From Alphaproteobacteria bacterium (lineage in GTDB: Bacteria > Pseudomonadota > Alphaproteobacteria > Paracaedibacterales > CAIULA01), in the NCBI GenBank assembly GCA_019749935.1, contig JAIEPD010000002.1, positions 10,892 through 74,891 of the forward strand: a stretch of 64,000 bases of DNA, in the 5' to 3' direction. Below the pieces are notes generated by a model that did no database searches, was not told where the DNA came from, and saw nothing but the letters and a program-made list of their open reading frames with translations. The position numbers and the translations under genes are program-made. Positions 49,692 through 60,014 of the stretch are shown one piece after another (within the stretch, counting starts at the first letter, position 1; each line of letters begins with the position of its first letter).

Positions 49692-49819
49692 TATACCATT
49701 CGTGTTTCAAAACACCTGTTCGTCAAACTGCGGAGATCTGTGGTGTGCGTGTATTCTACATACACTTACGCTCCTCGATCCTTGTTTTCCTGCAGCTCTT
49801 TTGAAATTCATTGGGTATA
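49692..49819 (+). repeat. family A MITE-like repeat, full copy (A3)
   Basis: TATACCATTCGTGTTTCAAAACACCTGTTCGTCAAAC ... CTGCAGCTCTTTTGAAATTCATTGGGTATA. Lies between divergent rpsU and the initiator tRNA. Confidence 0.8.
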
Positions 49820-49894
49820 TAAGGGAAATCTTAAGGTGATGTTAAGTTCTTGTTGCATTTCTAAATTAAATCAAGTACTAATGTTGAATGTTGA

Positions 49895-49971
<77 letters not shown>

Positions 49972-49989
49972 AAAATTCCTCCAGAATTC

Positions 49990-50496
49990 ATGCATAAAAT
50001 TTGCCATATTTTCTCTACGGTTTTAGGTGTTGGTTATTTACCATATGCACCAGGGACGTGGGGATCTTTGGCAGGTTTGTGTGTGTCCCTTTTGGGCTTA
50101 GTATATTTTCCCCTTCAGCCTATTATCTTTATCTGGGCATCTCTTATAACATTTAGCCTTGGGTGGATCTCAAGTGCTTATGTACTACAGAAAATGTCTT
50201 ATAAGGATATGGATCCTAGTTTTATTGTGATTGATGAGGTTGCTGGACTTTTTTTAACAATCGGTCTTGTTGGTTTCTTTTTTTCTCTTTCTCCTCTAAT
50301 TCTCTGGGGAAGTTTTCTTTTGTTTAGAATCTTTGATATTTGGAAACCTTGGCCTATTGGGTGGGTTGACAAAAAATTAGCAAAGTCTAGAAAAACAGCG
50401 GCTCTTGGTGTTATGATTGATGATATGCTGGCAGGATTGATGGCGGCTATTGCGCAGGTCTTTATTAAGAATTTTTACTATTTATTAATTAAATAA
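49990..50496 (+). CDS. pgpA: phosphatidylglycerophosphatase A
   Basis: PgpA block GYLPYAPGTWGSLAG and IDEVAG.., WDIWKPWPI-type motif (FDIWKPWPIGW). Start placed at ATG 49990, because the tracked ORF start (49945) lies inside the tRNA. Confidence 0.85.
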   Translation: MHKICHIFSTVLGVGYLPYAPGTWGSLAGLCVSLLGLVYFPLQPIIFIWASLITFSLGWISSAYVLQKMSYKDMDPSFIVIDEVAGLFLTIGLVGFFFSLSPLILWGSFLLFRIFDIWKPWPIGWVDKKLAKSRKTAALGVMIDDMLAGLMAAIAQVFIKNFYYLLIK

Positions 50497-50538
50497 ATAA
50501 TATAATTTATTATGCTTTTGAGAGATGGGAAGTGGAAA

Positions 50539-52527
50539 ATGTATTCATTAATTATCAGTGTTTTTGTTGTGTTTATTTCCTGGCCGGTAATGGCAATGAA
50601 GCCAATGGCCCCGTCTCACGAAATAATTGATTATTTGTACGGCAAATCTGACCATGACATAACATCTTTTAGAGGAGAGAATGGCGAGACTATTTTTCAT
50701 CATTTGTTTCGCCAATTCAAGATATCTGGTAGCAACAAAGCTCTAAACGATCAAATACAAGACTACATTTCACGCTTTCCTGAACTGCTATTAGAGCCAG
50801 ATAATGATGGGGATTTTGCCACAGATCTTGTTGAAGGCTCTCTTCTTCCCATTAATGTTTATGAAGTTTTAGCAAAGAAATTTAAAGTAAGTCTTTATAA
50901 TCCAGAGACCAATACTATAAAAGAAAAGTTTATGGAAGATATTGCACCGAGCCTTCTGGCGACCGTGGCTCAAAAACTTCGTTTTGATGAGCAAGCAGAA
51001 AAGATTTATTATGCTTTTGTTCTAAATGGTTCTCGTGGGTTATTAAGGGTTCAACTTAAGGGAATGGGTATTCCTTTGTTCATGGTTCCTGTTAATGCTC
51101 AAGTATACTACTATATCGTTGACTGTTTTAAAAAAGAGACGAGTGCGCTCGGCGGTTTCATAAACGCTTTAACAAAGACACCTAATGAAGATCCAATAGA
51201 TGAGAAAGCAATAAAGTTTATAAAAGCAGGTGAACGTGGGATATTTCATGTATTCCAAAGGGACACTTTATTTAATGACTTCTTTGGATATGCAGACAAT
51301 GATACCTACAAGACTGATAAAGAAACCGATCCTGATTATCAGGATCCAATATTTTTGGATGCGATCCTATTCAGTATGACTCAGGCTGATTATATAAGAA
51401 AATCAAAAGAACTTGTTATAAGTAAACAGCAATTTGATAAACTACTTAGAATATATCCTCATTTAGCAGAAAAAATTAAACAATTTCCAAAGCCTTTTGA
51501 GAAAGAATTAGAGTATTACTTTGATGAAAATATGAAAAGGCAAAGGATTCACACACTTTTATCTAGGCCAGCCAAGAAACTGGAGACTAATCCCGTAAAG
51601 TTTGTTAGCACTCTTGTCTTAAATGGATCTTTTACGTTACCTGATTATTTGAGCGAATTTAAAACAACTGGAAAAAAACTAACCTTTACGGATTATTTTA
51701 GAATTGTTAGTACCCAGGATCAACACGGTACCATAGATTCAAATTTCTGGGATTATTTATATAATAATCAAAATTTTAGAAATAAAAGAGAATATTCTGC
51801 AGCTCAGGCCTTTTTGATTGGATTGAATATATCATCTCATAATAAACATAATTCTCATTCATGGGAGTTGGAAGTGTTTAAACCTGATGTCATAAAAGCT
51901 TTACTTAAAAAAGATAATGAGTTTAGAGGGCAAGAAGAAAAATCAAGCAGATTACCGGCAGCAATTCGTACTATTAATCTTATTACACGAGCAAATCACT
52001 TTATTGATCAAAAGGATATTCTTGATCTAGACGCTCAGCGTGAAATTGCAAATGACGCAGGGCTAGAAATCCTAAATGGAAGTAACCCTTTTTATAAAGT
52101 GAATACTAAACGTAAGGCAACAAAAGATGAATTTCTTGCGGTGATGAATTTCCTGAGAGCTACAATAAAAAAACCTGAGCAGCAGGTGGAGACTGCCTTA
52201 ACAGAGTCGACGATAATACCTGATCTAATACTTTTGCGAGAAAAAATAATGGGAGATCTTGAAAACCGAGACAGACAGGAAGACAGTCCTTTACTAAGAA
52301 GACATCGTCAAAATTTGACTCTATGCGCTTTATGGTTAGCATTAGAAGATAGTAAGCCCAGAACCGCTAAGTCCGAAGCTCAAAAGATTAAAGTTATTTC
52401 TTCAGCGTTTAATGATTTGTCCGTTGAAGAAATTGAGAACCGTTTATATAAAATGGAAGGTAATTTTGCTATCCCTCGCTATTTTATAAGAAGTGATAAA
52501 AGAAGCTTAGAAAACGAGCTAAAATAG
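50539..52527 (+). CDS. hypothetical secreted protein
   Basis: Long ORF. The ATG at 50539 gives a signal-peptide-like MYSLIISVFVVFISWPVMA. No family recognised. Confidence 0.6.
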   Translation: MYSLIISVFVVFISWPVMAMKPMAPSHEIIDYLYGKSDHDITSFRGENGETIFHHLFRQFKISGSNKALNDQIQDYISRFPELLLEPDNDGDFATDLVEGSLLPINVYEVLAKKFKVSLYNPETNTIKEKFMEDIAPSLLATVAQKLRFDEQAEKIYYAFVLNGSRGLLRVQLKGMGIPLFMVPVNAQVYYYIVDCFKKETSALGGFINALTKTPNEDPIDEKAIKFIKAGERGIFHVFQRDTLFNDFFGYADNDTYKTDKETDPDYQDPIFLDAILFSMTQADYIRKSKELVISKQQFDKLLRIYPHLAEKIKQFPKPFEKELEYYFDENMKRQRIHTLLSRPAKKLETNPVKFVSTLVLNGSFTLPDYLSEFKTTGKKLTFTDYFRIVSTQDQHGTIDSNFWDYLYNNQNFRNKREYSAAQAFLIGLNISSHNKHNSHSWELEVFKPDVIKALLKKDNEFRGQEEKSSRLPAAIRTINLITRANHFIDQKDILDLDAQREIANDAGLEILNGSNPFYKVNTKRKATKDEFLAVMNFLRATIKKPEQQVETALTESTIIPDLILLREKIMGDLENRDRQEDSPLLRRHRQNLTLCALWLALEDSKPRTAKSEAQKIKVISSAFNDLSVEEIENRLYKMEGNFAIPRYFIRSDKRSLENELK

Positions 52528-52634
52528 ATTTTTTAAAAAAGAGGCTGATCAGTATTTTTTACGGGGTGCAATAAAATGTAACATCAACTAGTATGGTAGA
52601 TGAATATAAATCGCAACCGTGGGAGTCTTAAAAG

Positions 52635-52940
52635 ATGCACGGATCTCTTCTTCAGAATTTGTATTACAATAGTTTTTCTAGAATTGTTCAGAAAAACAAA
52701 ACCAATTCCCCTCTCTTTGATATTAGTCATGAACAAGGGGACGAAAACGTTTGGGAAGAAAGCGAATTCTCCATTCATAAGCCGAGCGTTTTTGAATTTA
52801 GAGGGCAAGATGAAATGACAATTTTTTCACTCAAAAATGGAACAACGGCTGAATGTGCATGGCCTGAGCTTTTATACAGAAAACTGGTCCTAGGTTTCCT
52901 TGGTGTTATTCTGGTAGCTTTTTTAGTAAACGTTTTTTAG
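52635..52940 (+). CDS. hypothetical tail-anchored small protein
   Basis: 101-aa ORF with a C-terminal hydrophobic segment (LVLGFLGVILVAFLVNVF). No family recognised; could be spurious. Confidence 0.3.
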   Translation: MHGSLLQNLYYNSFSRIVQKNKTNSPLFDISHEQGDENVWEESEFSIHKPSVFEFRGQDEMTIFSLKNGTTAECAWPELLYRKLVLGFLGVILVAFLVNVF

Positions 52941-53036
52941 CCTTATGTATTCGTATAGTGTCTAAGGCTTTGGTTGCATTTTCTTGTGTATATCCGCTAA
53001 TATGACCCAAAATTATTTATTGCTTTTTGGGTCCAA

Positions 53037-53972
53037 ATGATTGTTGTTGCTGCACTTTATAAGTTTATTGCCTTAGAGGATTACAAGGCACTCCAATTGC
53101 CATTGAAACAACTATGCGAAGCAAATAAAATCAAAGGCACTTTGCTTTTGGCCTCTGAAGGGATTAATGGGACTGTTGCAGGTCCAAGAGAAGGAATCGA
53201 TAAGCTTCTGGCCTTTTTTCAAAATGATAAGCGGTTTGATAATCTTGAATACAAAGAATCCTTTGCGAAAACTTCCCCATTTTTACGTCTTAAAGTTCGC
53301 CTTAAAAAAGAAATTGTGACGTTAGGTGTTCCTGGTGTAAGCCCAACAAAAAAAGTTGGACACTATGTGGATCCAAAGGATTGGAACAGCCTTATTAATG
53401 ATCCTGACGTAATCCTTATTGATACGCGCAATGACTATGAAGTCAAAATTGGCACCTTTAAAGGAGCCATCAACCCTGAAACAGAATGCTTTACACAGTT
53501 CCCTGAATTTGTGAAAAAGAATTTAGACCCTCAAAAACATAAAAAAATAGCCATGATGTGTACAGGAGGAATTCGCTGCGAAAAGGCATCATCCTATATG
53601 CTCTCAGAAGGATTTGAAGAGGTTTATCATTTAAAAGGTGGCATTCTAAAATATTTGGAAGATGTTCCTGAAAATGAAAGTACGTGGGAAGGGGAATGTT
53701 ATGTTTTTGATCAGCGCGTCTCGGTTAAACATAAGCTTGCTCTCGGATCGTATGATCAATGTCATGGGTGCAGACTGCCTATTTCAGAAATGGATAAAAA
53801 ATCCCCTTATTATGAACCCGGCGTCAGCTGCCCTCATTGTTATGATCAACCTATAGAAAAGAAAAAGCGCGCAATGGAGCGCCATAAACAAGTCCAACTT
53901 GCTGCAAGTCGCAATCAAGCGCACCTTGGAGATGAAGCACGCCTTGCAAGGCAACGAGATAAAGAGCTTTAG
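53037..53972 (+). CDS. trhO: rhodanese-domain tRNA uridine(34) hydroxylase (UPF0176/YceA family)
   Basis: 311 aa. N-terminal YKF..L.D block, rhodanese active-site loop [11 protein letters not shown], and a C-terminal Cys cluster (CHGC...CPHC). Confidence 0.85.
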   Translation: MIVVAALYKFIALEDYKALQLPLKQLCEANKIKGTLLLASEGINGTVAGPREGIDKLLAFFQNDKRFDNLEYKESFAKTSPFLRLKVRLKKEIVTLGVPGVSPTKKVGHYVDPKDWNSLINDPDVILIDTRNDYEVKIGTFKGAINPETECFTQFPEFVKKNLDPQKHKKIAMMCTGGIRCEKASSYMLSEGFEEVYHLKGGILKYLEDVPENESTWEGECYVFDQRVSVKHKLALGSYDQCHGCRLPISEMDKKSPYYEPGVSCPHCYDQPIEKKKRAMERHKQVQLAASRNQAHLGDEARLARQRDKEL

Positions 53973-55027
53973 CTCTTTATCTGGACGCTTAACCTTCTAA
54001 TTTCAGCCATTTCGTAAAACATACGAGCTAGGTTATCTAAAAGGACAGTTATTTCCAGTTCTGGTGTTTTATCAGGAATTGTTCCAGGTGTTTTGCCAGG
54101 CCCTACCACTTCTACGTGAATGTCTTGACGTCCAGCTTTTAATAAAGATTTTTGGATTGAAAGAGCTTGATAAAAAACATAAGGCTGATTAGAGATGGCT
54201 AAATATAGACCAGCAGCAGGTTTACAAGAGTCTAACCACTTATAGATAGTTGTTTCGGTAGTGGCCCTAATTTCACCTTTATTTTTTAAAGTATGCACAA
54301 AAATAATATTTTCATCTTTTAAGGCTGGATGTTTTGATTGATCAAAAACAATCTTAATCATATCTGTTTCATTGTTTGGAAAGGGAACAGGCCCTTTCCA
54401 ATCTGAATTAAAGCTTATGCTACCGTTATTTGGATTCAAAAGCGCTTCTTTATCTTCACCTATAGCTTTATCCAGTTTTCTCTCTCCAGATAAAACATAG
54501 ACTTGAGCCGGCGTGATAATAGTTTTTGAATCAATCAATTTGTTCAGATAGGAAAGACGCTTTCTAACAGAACTAAGAGTTGAGCCTAAGAAAAGGACTC
54601 CTTGATACGTTTTTAAAGCTGGTTTCGTTTCCTCCTTCAAATTGAGATTATTAGAAATGATCTCTTTAATTTTCACCATTTGGTTTTCTGAAAGAGAAAA
54701 GGGGAGATTGGCTTCCCATCTTTCTTTATTATTAGAACGTTTCCAAATTACAAGAGGGCTGATTTTTCCTTGAACAGCATCTGTGATTTCCTCTAAGGAT
54801 CTAGATTTTAAGGTTACTTTTGACTCAGGCCAATCTTTGTCCGGCGTCAAAGAGTCATTTTGAATTCGAATGCCCGTTAATCCCAAAAGCTTAACAACAC
54901 TGTCTGTTGCCTGATGATGTTTATCAAAGAATAGGGTGGAGGGGTCTTTTTTTTGCTGTAAACAGTGATAAAAAACAAAGCCAATGATTGCCAAAGCAAT
55001 GGGGGTTAGGTATTTAAATAATTTCAA
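53969..55027 (-). CDS. hypothetical membrane-anchored protein (weak DUF218/YdcF-like C-terminal half)
   Basis: 352 aa. N-terminal TM ([14 protein letters not shown]). The segments [30 protein letters not shown] and [11 protein letters not shown] only loosely recall the DUF218 fold. Confidence 0.45.
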   Translation of the reverse strand: MKLFKYLTPIALAIIGFVFYHCLQQKKDPSTLFFDKHHQATDSVVKLLGLTGIRIQNDSLTPDKDWPESKVTLKSRSLEEITDAVQGKISPLVIWKRSNNKERWEANLPFSLSENQMVKIKEIISNNLNLKEETKPALKTYQGVLFLGSTLSSVRKRLSYLNKLIDSKTIITPAQVYVLSGERKLDKAIGEDKEALLNPNNGSISFNSDWKGPVPFPNNETDMIKIVFDQSKHPALKDENIIFVHTLKNKGEIRATTETTIYKWLDSCKPAAGLYLAISNQPYVFYQALSIQKSLLKAGRQDIHVEVVGPGKTPGTIPDKTPELEITVLLDNLARMFYEMAEIRRLSVQIKS

Positions 55028-55317
55028 AATTTCCTCTTAATGATAAAGGATCCAATAAATCTGTCTTTAGCATGAAAAGGATAGAGGAGTAAATGGATGG
55101 GGTGTATAGTAGTGGAATGTATCATTTCGCTGTAAGTGAGGGGGACGAGAAGAGATAAAAAATTAGGTGAAAATAAAAAATATTTTATTTATAATATAAA
55201 TTGATTGTCAGCAAAAAAACTAGAAATAAAACCATTTTTTCGATGAATAATTTAATTGTTTTTCTCACAATCACTATGATATATAAAAAATATATTTTAT
55301 AAAGGTATGTTTTTTAT

Positions 55318-56058
55318 ATGAAGTCAGGAATTAAGACTTTTCTTATTTTCTCGTTGATCTCTTTTGGTTTATTAGTATCTGCAAGGGCCGCAGATTCACT
55401 TGAGCCATCACTAACTCTGCATCAACCCTATCAAAAACCTAAAGGGATCAAAGTGTTGAAGTGGTTACGGGATCTGGAGGATGAACGTGATAAAGCTGAT
55501 ATATTAGGTAACTTTGATATATTTAAAAAAATAACAGATGAAATTTCTGCCACCATTGGTGGGAAATATGGGTTTGCGAAAAGACCTGCAACAAAAGAAG
55601 AAAAGTTGGCAATGATTTATTCTATCACGCGTACGCGTCATAGATTTAAAGGGCAACGTCATATGCTGCGTGATCGTTATTTGGGGTATGACAAAGCTAA
55701 AACGAGTGCTGCTCTTAAAGAAGATTTTAAATTTCAAGCCCATATGTCAATTGTACTGGGAATTGATGCTTTGGCCGCAAAATCATTAGAAAATGATGAT
55801 TTTGCTAATGCTTATTCTGAAGTTAATCCTGCCAAACCAGCTACAACAACATTTATAGATGCAGTTTTAGCGCAAGCTCAAAATCAAGAGAAAGGGGAAA
55901 TATTTGAATCCTTAAATAAACCATTAGCTCAATTTCTGCAAAACAATCAGTCTACACTTCAGCTTGCCAATGAAATTTTCAATGTTTTTGCACCAACACT
56001 TAATATCGCTAAAATATACAATGAAGTTATGGTTTCAAATGGTGTCTATAAAGGCTAG
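55318..56058 (+). CDS. hypothetical secreted protein (possibly the N-terminal part of the downstream Sel1-repeat gene)
   Basis: 246 aa. Signal peptide MKSGIKTFLIFSLISFGLLVSARA|AD. Ends at a TAG that is in frame with the next ORF. Confidence 0.6.
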   Translation: MKSGIKTFLIFSLISFGLLVSARAADSLEPSLTLHQPYQKPKGIKVLKWLRDLEDERDKADILGNFDIFKKITDEISATIGGKYGFAKRPATKEEKLAMIYSITRTRHRFKGQRHMLRDRYLGYDKAKTSAALKEDFKFQAHMSIVLGIDALAAKSLENDDFANAYSEVNPAKPATTTFIDAVLAQAQNQEKGEIFESLNKPLAQFLQNNQSTLQLANEIFNVFAPTLNIAKIYNEVMVSNGVYKG

Positions 56059-56118
56059 GAAGTTCACGGAGCAGGAGCATTTTACAATCCTGTTACCCTA
56101 ACACCCGAAGAAAATAGT

Positions 56119-57912
56119 TTGCACCCTGGGCTAGAAGCTGAATTAAGAGCAGGATTTATTAAGAAAATACCCACATCTTTCGATGAGGTTTTTTCAACCT
56201 CTTTAATAGGTATTTTTCTAAAGCCAGGTCCTTGCTCTAAGAAAGGTCTTAACCCTGACCATATTACTATTGAATATATTTTTGATCACTGTTTAAAAGA
56301 GCATGGTTTTCCTGTTGTGGGATCTGGGCCTATACGATTTTTCTTAAGCAGACCTGTTCGTTCTGTTTTTAATCCCATTTTAAACGGACCTTACAGAGCC
56401 GTTCCTGAAAAAAAAATAATTGAGACCTATAAAAAATTAGCTAAGTATAGTCTAAATATAGCCATGCAAAAGACTCTTGGGTTTTGGTTGACGAGAAATA
56501 AGCACGCAGTGATGTTTCCATTAGCAACTCAGGGTAATGCAGGGGTTTTGTATGTGTATGCTCTGAAACATTTTCTTGGTGAAGAAAGTATTGATAAAGA
56601 TATTCCTAAAGCTATTGAATATTGCCGGGATGCAGCAAACTTGGGATTTGAAGCTGCAATCGAAAGGCTACCAATGCTTTTGAATAATTATGCAATCATG
56701 CTTGGTAATGGCTCTGATGGTTTTGCCAAAGACTTTCCAAAATCTATAGGGCTTCTTCGGGAGGCAATAAGTTTAGGGGAATCAGGTGGAGAATTAGCAC
56801 AAATGAATTTACCTTTATTCCTTAATAATTATGCTCTACAACTTTATAATGGTGCTGATGATACAGAAAAAGATAGATCCAAAGCTATATCTCTCTTCCG
56901 GGAAGCTTCAAGTTTGGGATGTTTGCAGTCAGTAACGAACTTACCGATATTTCTTGACGATTATGCGGCCATGCTTTTTGGTGGAAGAGATGGTGTCGAA
57001 AGGAATATTACTAAAGCCGTAGATTTTTGCAAAGAAGCCATCGAATTGGGTTGTGAACAATCAAAGGAGAAGTTATTTTTACTATCTACGGTCCTTCTAA
57101 ATGGGAATGGCGATTTTCCAAAGGACATCGCTACTGCAGTTGATCTTTGTAAATTTCTTGACAGATTTGGGTATGAAAAAGGAAAGGCCTTACTAAGTGA
57201 GATGATAAATGCCGGCATCGTAGAAGGAAATAAATCTATTATCCTGGCTGATAAACGTATTGAGCATAGTGATGATCATGATTTAATTATAACGAATTCA
57301 CACTTTCTTAGAGAAAACCTTGATCAGCAGCAATGTATGTTAAGATTTTATAATGGGCAAGTAAGAGTGGGTCTGCGTTCTTTTTTTCCTATTCCTACAA
57401 GCTTAGGTCCAAGAACCACTGTTTCTGAGATTGCATCTAGAATAAAAAGTTCTGCGAAAGAGGCCTTACCAGAAATTGACAAAAGACCTGATCATGCACT
57501 TTACACGGAAGATAAAAGGTATATGTATGATCCTGCTTCCATATCGTGGGAAGCACAGAAAGGATTTAAGGTTAGCAACATCTTTTATAGTGCTCCCAAT
57601 ATAAAATTAGGATCCCCATATTTTGAATTTAGTTGCTCTGTATTTGAGACTAATGAGCTTACCCTGCATTGCTGGGGGCCAGATGAAACAGAGGATAGTG
57701 GCATATCTCCATTGTATGGAATCATTATAGAGCGTCACGAAGACTTCCCTGCCATTATGTTGGATGGAATTGTTGACTTTAGAGAAAATTGGGAAAAAAC
57801 CTTTAGCTCAGAAAGACAGTTGGGTTTTGACTTGTCTCTTGGATTCTGGGATGGTTTTCTTATTGCCGGCGCAAAAAGAATCAAGATTGCTATTGCACCC
57901 TCGAAAATATAA
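56119..57912 (+). CDS. Sel1-like (SLR/TPR) repeat protein
   Basis: 597 aa from a TTG. At least four ~36-aa repeats of the Sel1 type (KAIEYCRDAANLGFEAA, KSIGLLREAISLGESGG, KAISLFREASSLGCLQS, KAVDFCKEAIELGCEQS). No convincing own start or RBS. Confidence 0.65.
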   Translation: MHPGLEAELRAGFIKKIPTSFDEVFSTSLIGIFLKPGPCSKKGLNPDHITIEYIFDHCLKEHGFPVVGSGPIRFFLSRPVRSVFNPILNGPYRAVPEKKIIETYKKLAKYSLNIAMQKTLGFWLTRNKHAVMFPLATQGNAGVLYVYALKHFLGEESIDKDIPKAIEYCRDAANLGFEAAIERLPMLLNNYAIMLGNGSDGFAKDFPKSIGLLREAISLGESGGELAQMNLPLFLNNYALQLYNGADDTEKDRSKAISLFREASSLGCLQSVTNLPIFLDDYAAMLFGGRDGVERNITKAVDFCKEAIELGCEQSKEKLFLLSTVLLNGNGDFPKDIATAVDLCKFLDRFGYEKGKALLSEMINAGIVEGNKSIILADKRIEHSDDHDLIITNSHFLRENLDQQQCMLRFYNGQVRVGLRSFFPIPTSLGPRTTVSEIASRIKSSAKEALPEIDKRPDHALYTEDKRYMYDPASISWEAQKGFKVSNIFYSAPNIKLGSPYFEFSCSVFETNELTLHCWGPDETEDSGISPLYGIIIERHEDFPAIMLDGIVDFRENWEKTFSSERQLGFDLSLGFWDGFLIAGAKRIKIAIAPSKI

Positions 57913-58101
57913 TTACTTTCCTGCATTGCTCTGTTGCACCCAGGAAAAAACAAAAAATCAATGCTAAAAACAATACCATATCCCTTAAAAATAGTGTATT
58001 TTGGGTCATGCTCTATGCTCAATAGAGTCATCAAAATAACCATTTTTTAACTTACCTCTGCATTTAATTAAGTTAAGGGAAAATTTCGAGAGGAATCAGT
58101 T

Positions 58102-60006
58102 TTGAATAATACAACTCGTAATTTGTTTTTGTGGGCAGCCATTGGCGCCATTCTTTTTGTTATCTTTCAGATGTTTCCAGGTTCATCCACGCGTCAAATA
58201 ACGCCGCCTGTGGCTTATTCGCAATTTATGAACGATGTCAGCGATGGTAAGGTTGAAGAAGTAACCATCAGTGGCCATAACATTCTTGGGCGCACAAAAG
58301 ATGGGCGGACGTTTATAACATACGCCCCTGAAAACCCAGCAACAGTTACGAAACTGTTGGAAAAAAATGTTCTTATAAGGGCTGTACCGCCAGAACAAGA
58401 AGTTTCGCTTTTCCATTTGATTCTTCCTTGGTTGCCGATTCTGCTTCTTGCCGGTTTGACGTTTTATTCCTTTAAGCAAATTCAATCGGGCGGCAATAAA
58501 GCGATGGGCTTTGGCAAATCAAGGGCGCGTTTGATGGGTGAGAAAACAACAAAGGTTACCTTCGAAGACGTTGCAGGTATCGATGAGGCAAAGCAAGAGC
58601 TACAAGAGGTTGTTGATTTCCTTAAAGACCCTCAGAAATTTCAGCGTTTGGGGGGGAAAATCCCAAGGGGTGTTTTATTAGTAGGGCCTCCTGGAACAGG
58701 TAAGACTTTGTTAGCAAGGGCCATTGCCGGCGAGGCTGAAGTTCCATTTTTCAGTATTTCTGGCTCCGATTTTGTGGAAATGTTTGTGGGTGTGGGCGCT
58801 AGCCGTGTTCGTGATATGTTCGAACAAGCCAAGAAAAACGCCCCTTGCATTATTTTCATTGATGAAATTGATGCTGTTGGACGTCATCGCGGAGCGGGCC
58901 TTGGTGGTGGTAATGACGAACGCGAGCAAACTCTTAACCAATTATTGGTCGAAATGGATGGTTTTGAGGAAAATCAAGGCGTTATCTTGGTTGCAGCCAC
59001 TAACCGACCTGACATTTTAGATCCTGCACTTTTGCGCCCAGGTCGTTTTGATCGTCAAGTGGTTGTTCCAAACCCTGACGTTATTGGCCGTGAAAAGATT
59101 TTAAAAGTTCATATGAAAAAACTGCCTTTGGCGCCTAATGTCGATGCCCGAACAATTGCGAGAGGAACACCTGGATTTTCAGGTGCTGACTTGGCAAACC
59201 TTGTAAACGAAGCGGCGTTGATGGCAGCTCGTAAAGGTAAGCTTGCTGTTGGTATGTATGAATTTGAACAGGCTAAAGATAAGGTTTTAATGGGGGCAGA
59301 GCGGCGCTCTATGGTCATGACTGATGATGAAAAGCGCCTAACAGCTTATCATGAAGGGGGGCATGCGATTGTTTCTTATTATACTCCTGAATCAGATCCT
59401 ATTCATAAAGCCACAATCATCCCGAGGGGGCGTGCGTTAGGTATGGTTATGCGCCTTCCTGAAGGGGATCGTATTTCCTTATCTCGCTCAAAACTTTTAG
59501 GGGATCTTAAAGTCGCAATGGGTGGACGCATCGCCGAAGAAATGATTTTTGGCGCTGAGAAAGTAACAACAGGCGCTTCTTCTGATATCAAGATGGCAAC
59601 TGACATTGCTTTTCGTATGATCACTGAATGGGGAATGAGTAAAAAACTTGGTTTTCAGACCTATGGATCTCAGCAAGGCGAAGTCTTTTTAGGCTACTCC
59701 ATGGGGCAAAATAAGACATTCTCAGAGGCAACTTCAAAAATCATTGATGAAGAAGTGCGCTCTATCCTTGATGAATGTTATGGAATTGCCAAAAAGCTTT
59801 TGGAGGAAAAAACGGATAAATTACACATTTTGGCGAAGGCTTTATTAGAGCGCGAAACCCTTTCGGGAGATGAAATAAAGATCCTTTTAGAAGGAGGAAC
59901 TTTACCGGAATTGGTGTCTGTCAGCGATAATGGAGATGGTCCGCGTATGAGTGTGCCTATAACAGGTGGTTCTCCTACATCTTCTCCTAACTTAAACCCT
60001 GTTTAA
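58102..60006 (+). CDS. ftsH: ATP-dependent zinc metalloprotease FtsH
   Basis: 634 aa. Walker A GPPGTGKT, Walker [12 protein letters not shown] region, zinc motif HEGGHA. Confidence 0.95.
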   Translation: MNNTTRNLFLWAAIGAILFVIFQMFPGSSTRQITPPVAYSQFMNDVSDGKVEEVTISGHNILGRTKDGRTFITYAPENPATVTKLLEKNVLIRAVPPEQEVSLFHLILPWLPILLLAGLTFYSFKQIQSGGNKAMGFGKSRARLMGEKTTKVTFEDVAGIDEAKQELQEVVDFLKDPQKFQRLGGKIPRGVLLVGPPGTGKTLLARAIAGEAEVPFFSISGSDFVEMFVGVGASRVRDMFEQAKKNAPCIIFIDEIDAVGRHRGAGLGGGNDEREQTLNQLLVEMDGFEENQGVILVAATNRPDILDPALLRPGRFDRQVVVPNPDVIGREKILKVHMKKLPLAPNVDARTIARGTPGFSGADLANLVNEAALMAARKGKLAVGMYEFEQAKDKVLMGAERRSMVMTDDEKRLTAYHEGGHAIVSYYTPESDPIHKATIIPRGRALGMVMRLPEGDRISLSRSKLLGDLKVAMGGRIAEEMIFGAEKVTTGASSDIKMATDIAFRMITEWGMSKKLGFQTYGSQQGEVFLGYSMGQNKTFSEATSKIIDEEVRSILDECYGIAKKLLEEKTDKLHILAKALLERETLSGDEIKILLEGGTLPELVSVSDNGDGPRMSVPITGGSPTSSPNLNPV

Positions 60007-60014
60007 AGGTCATT

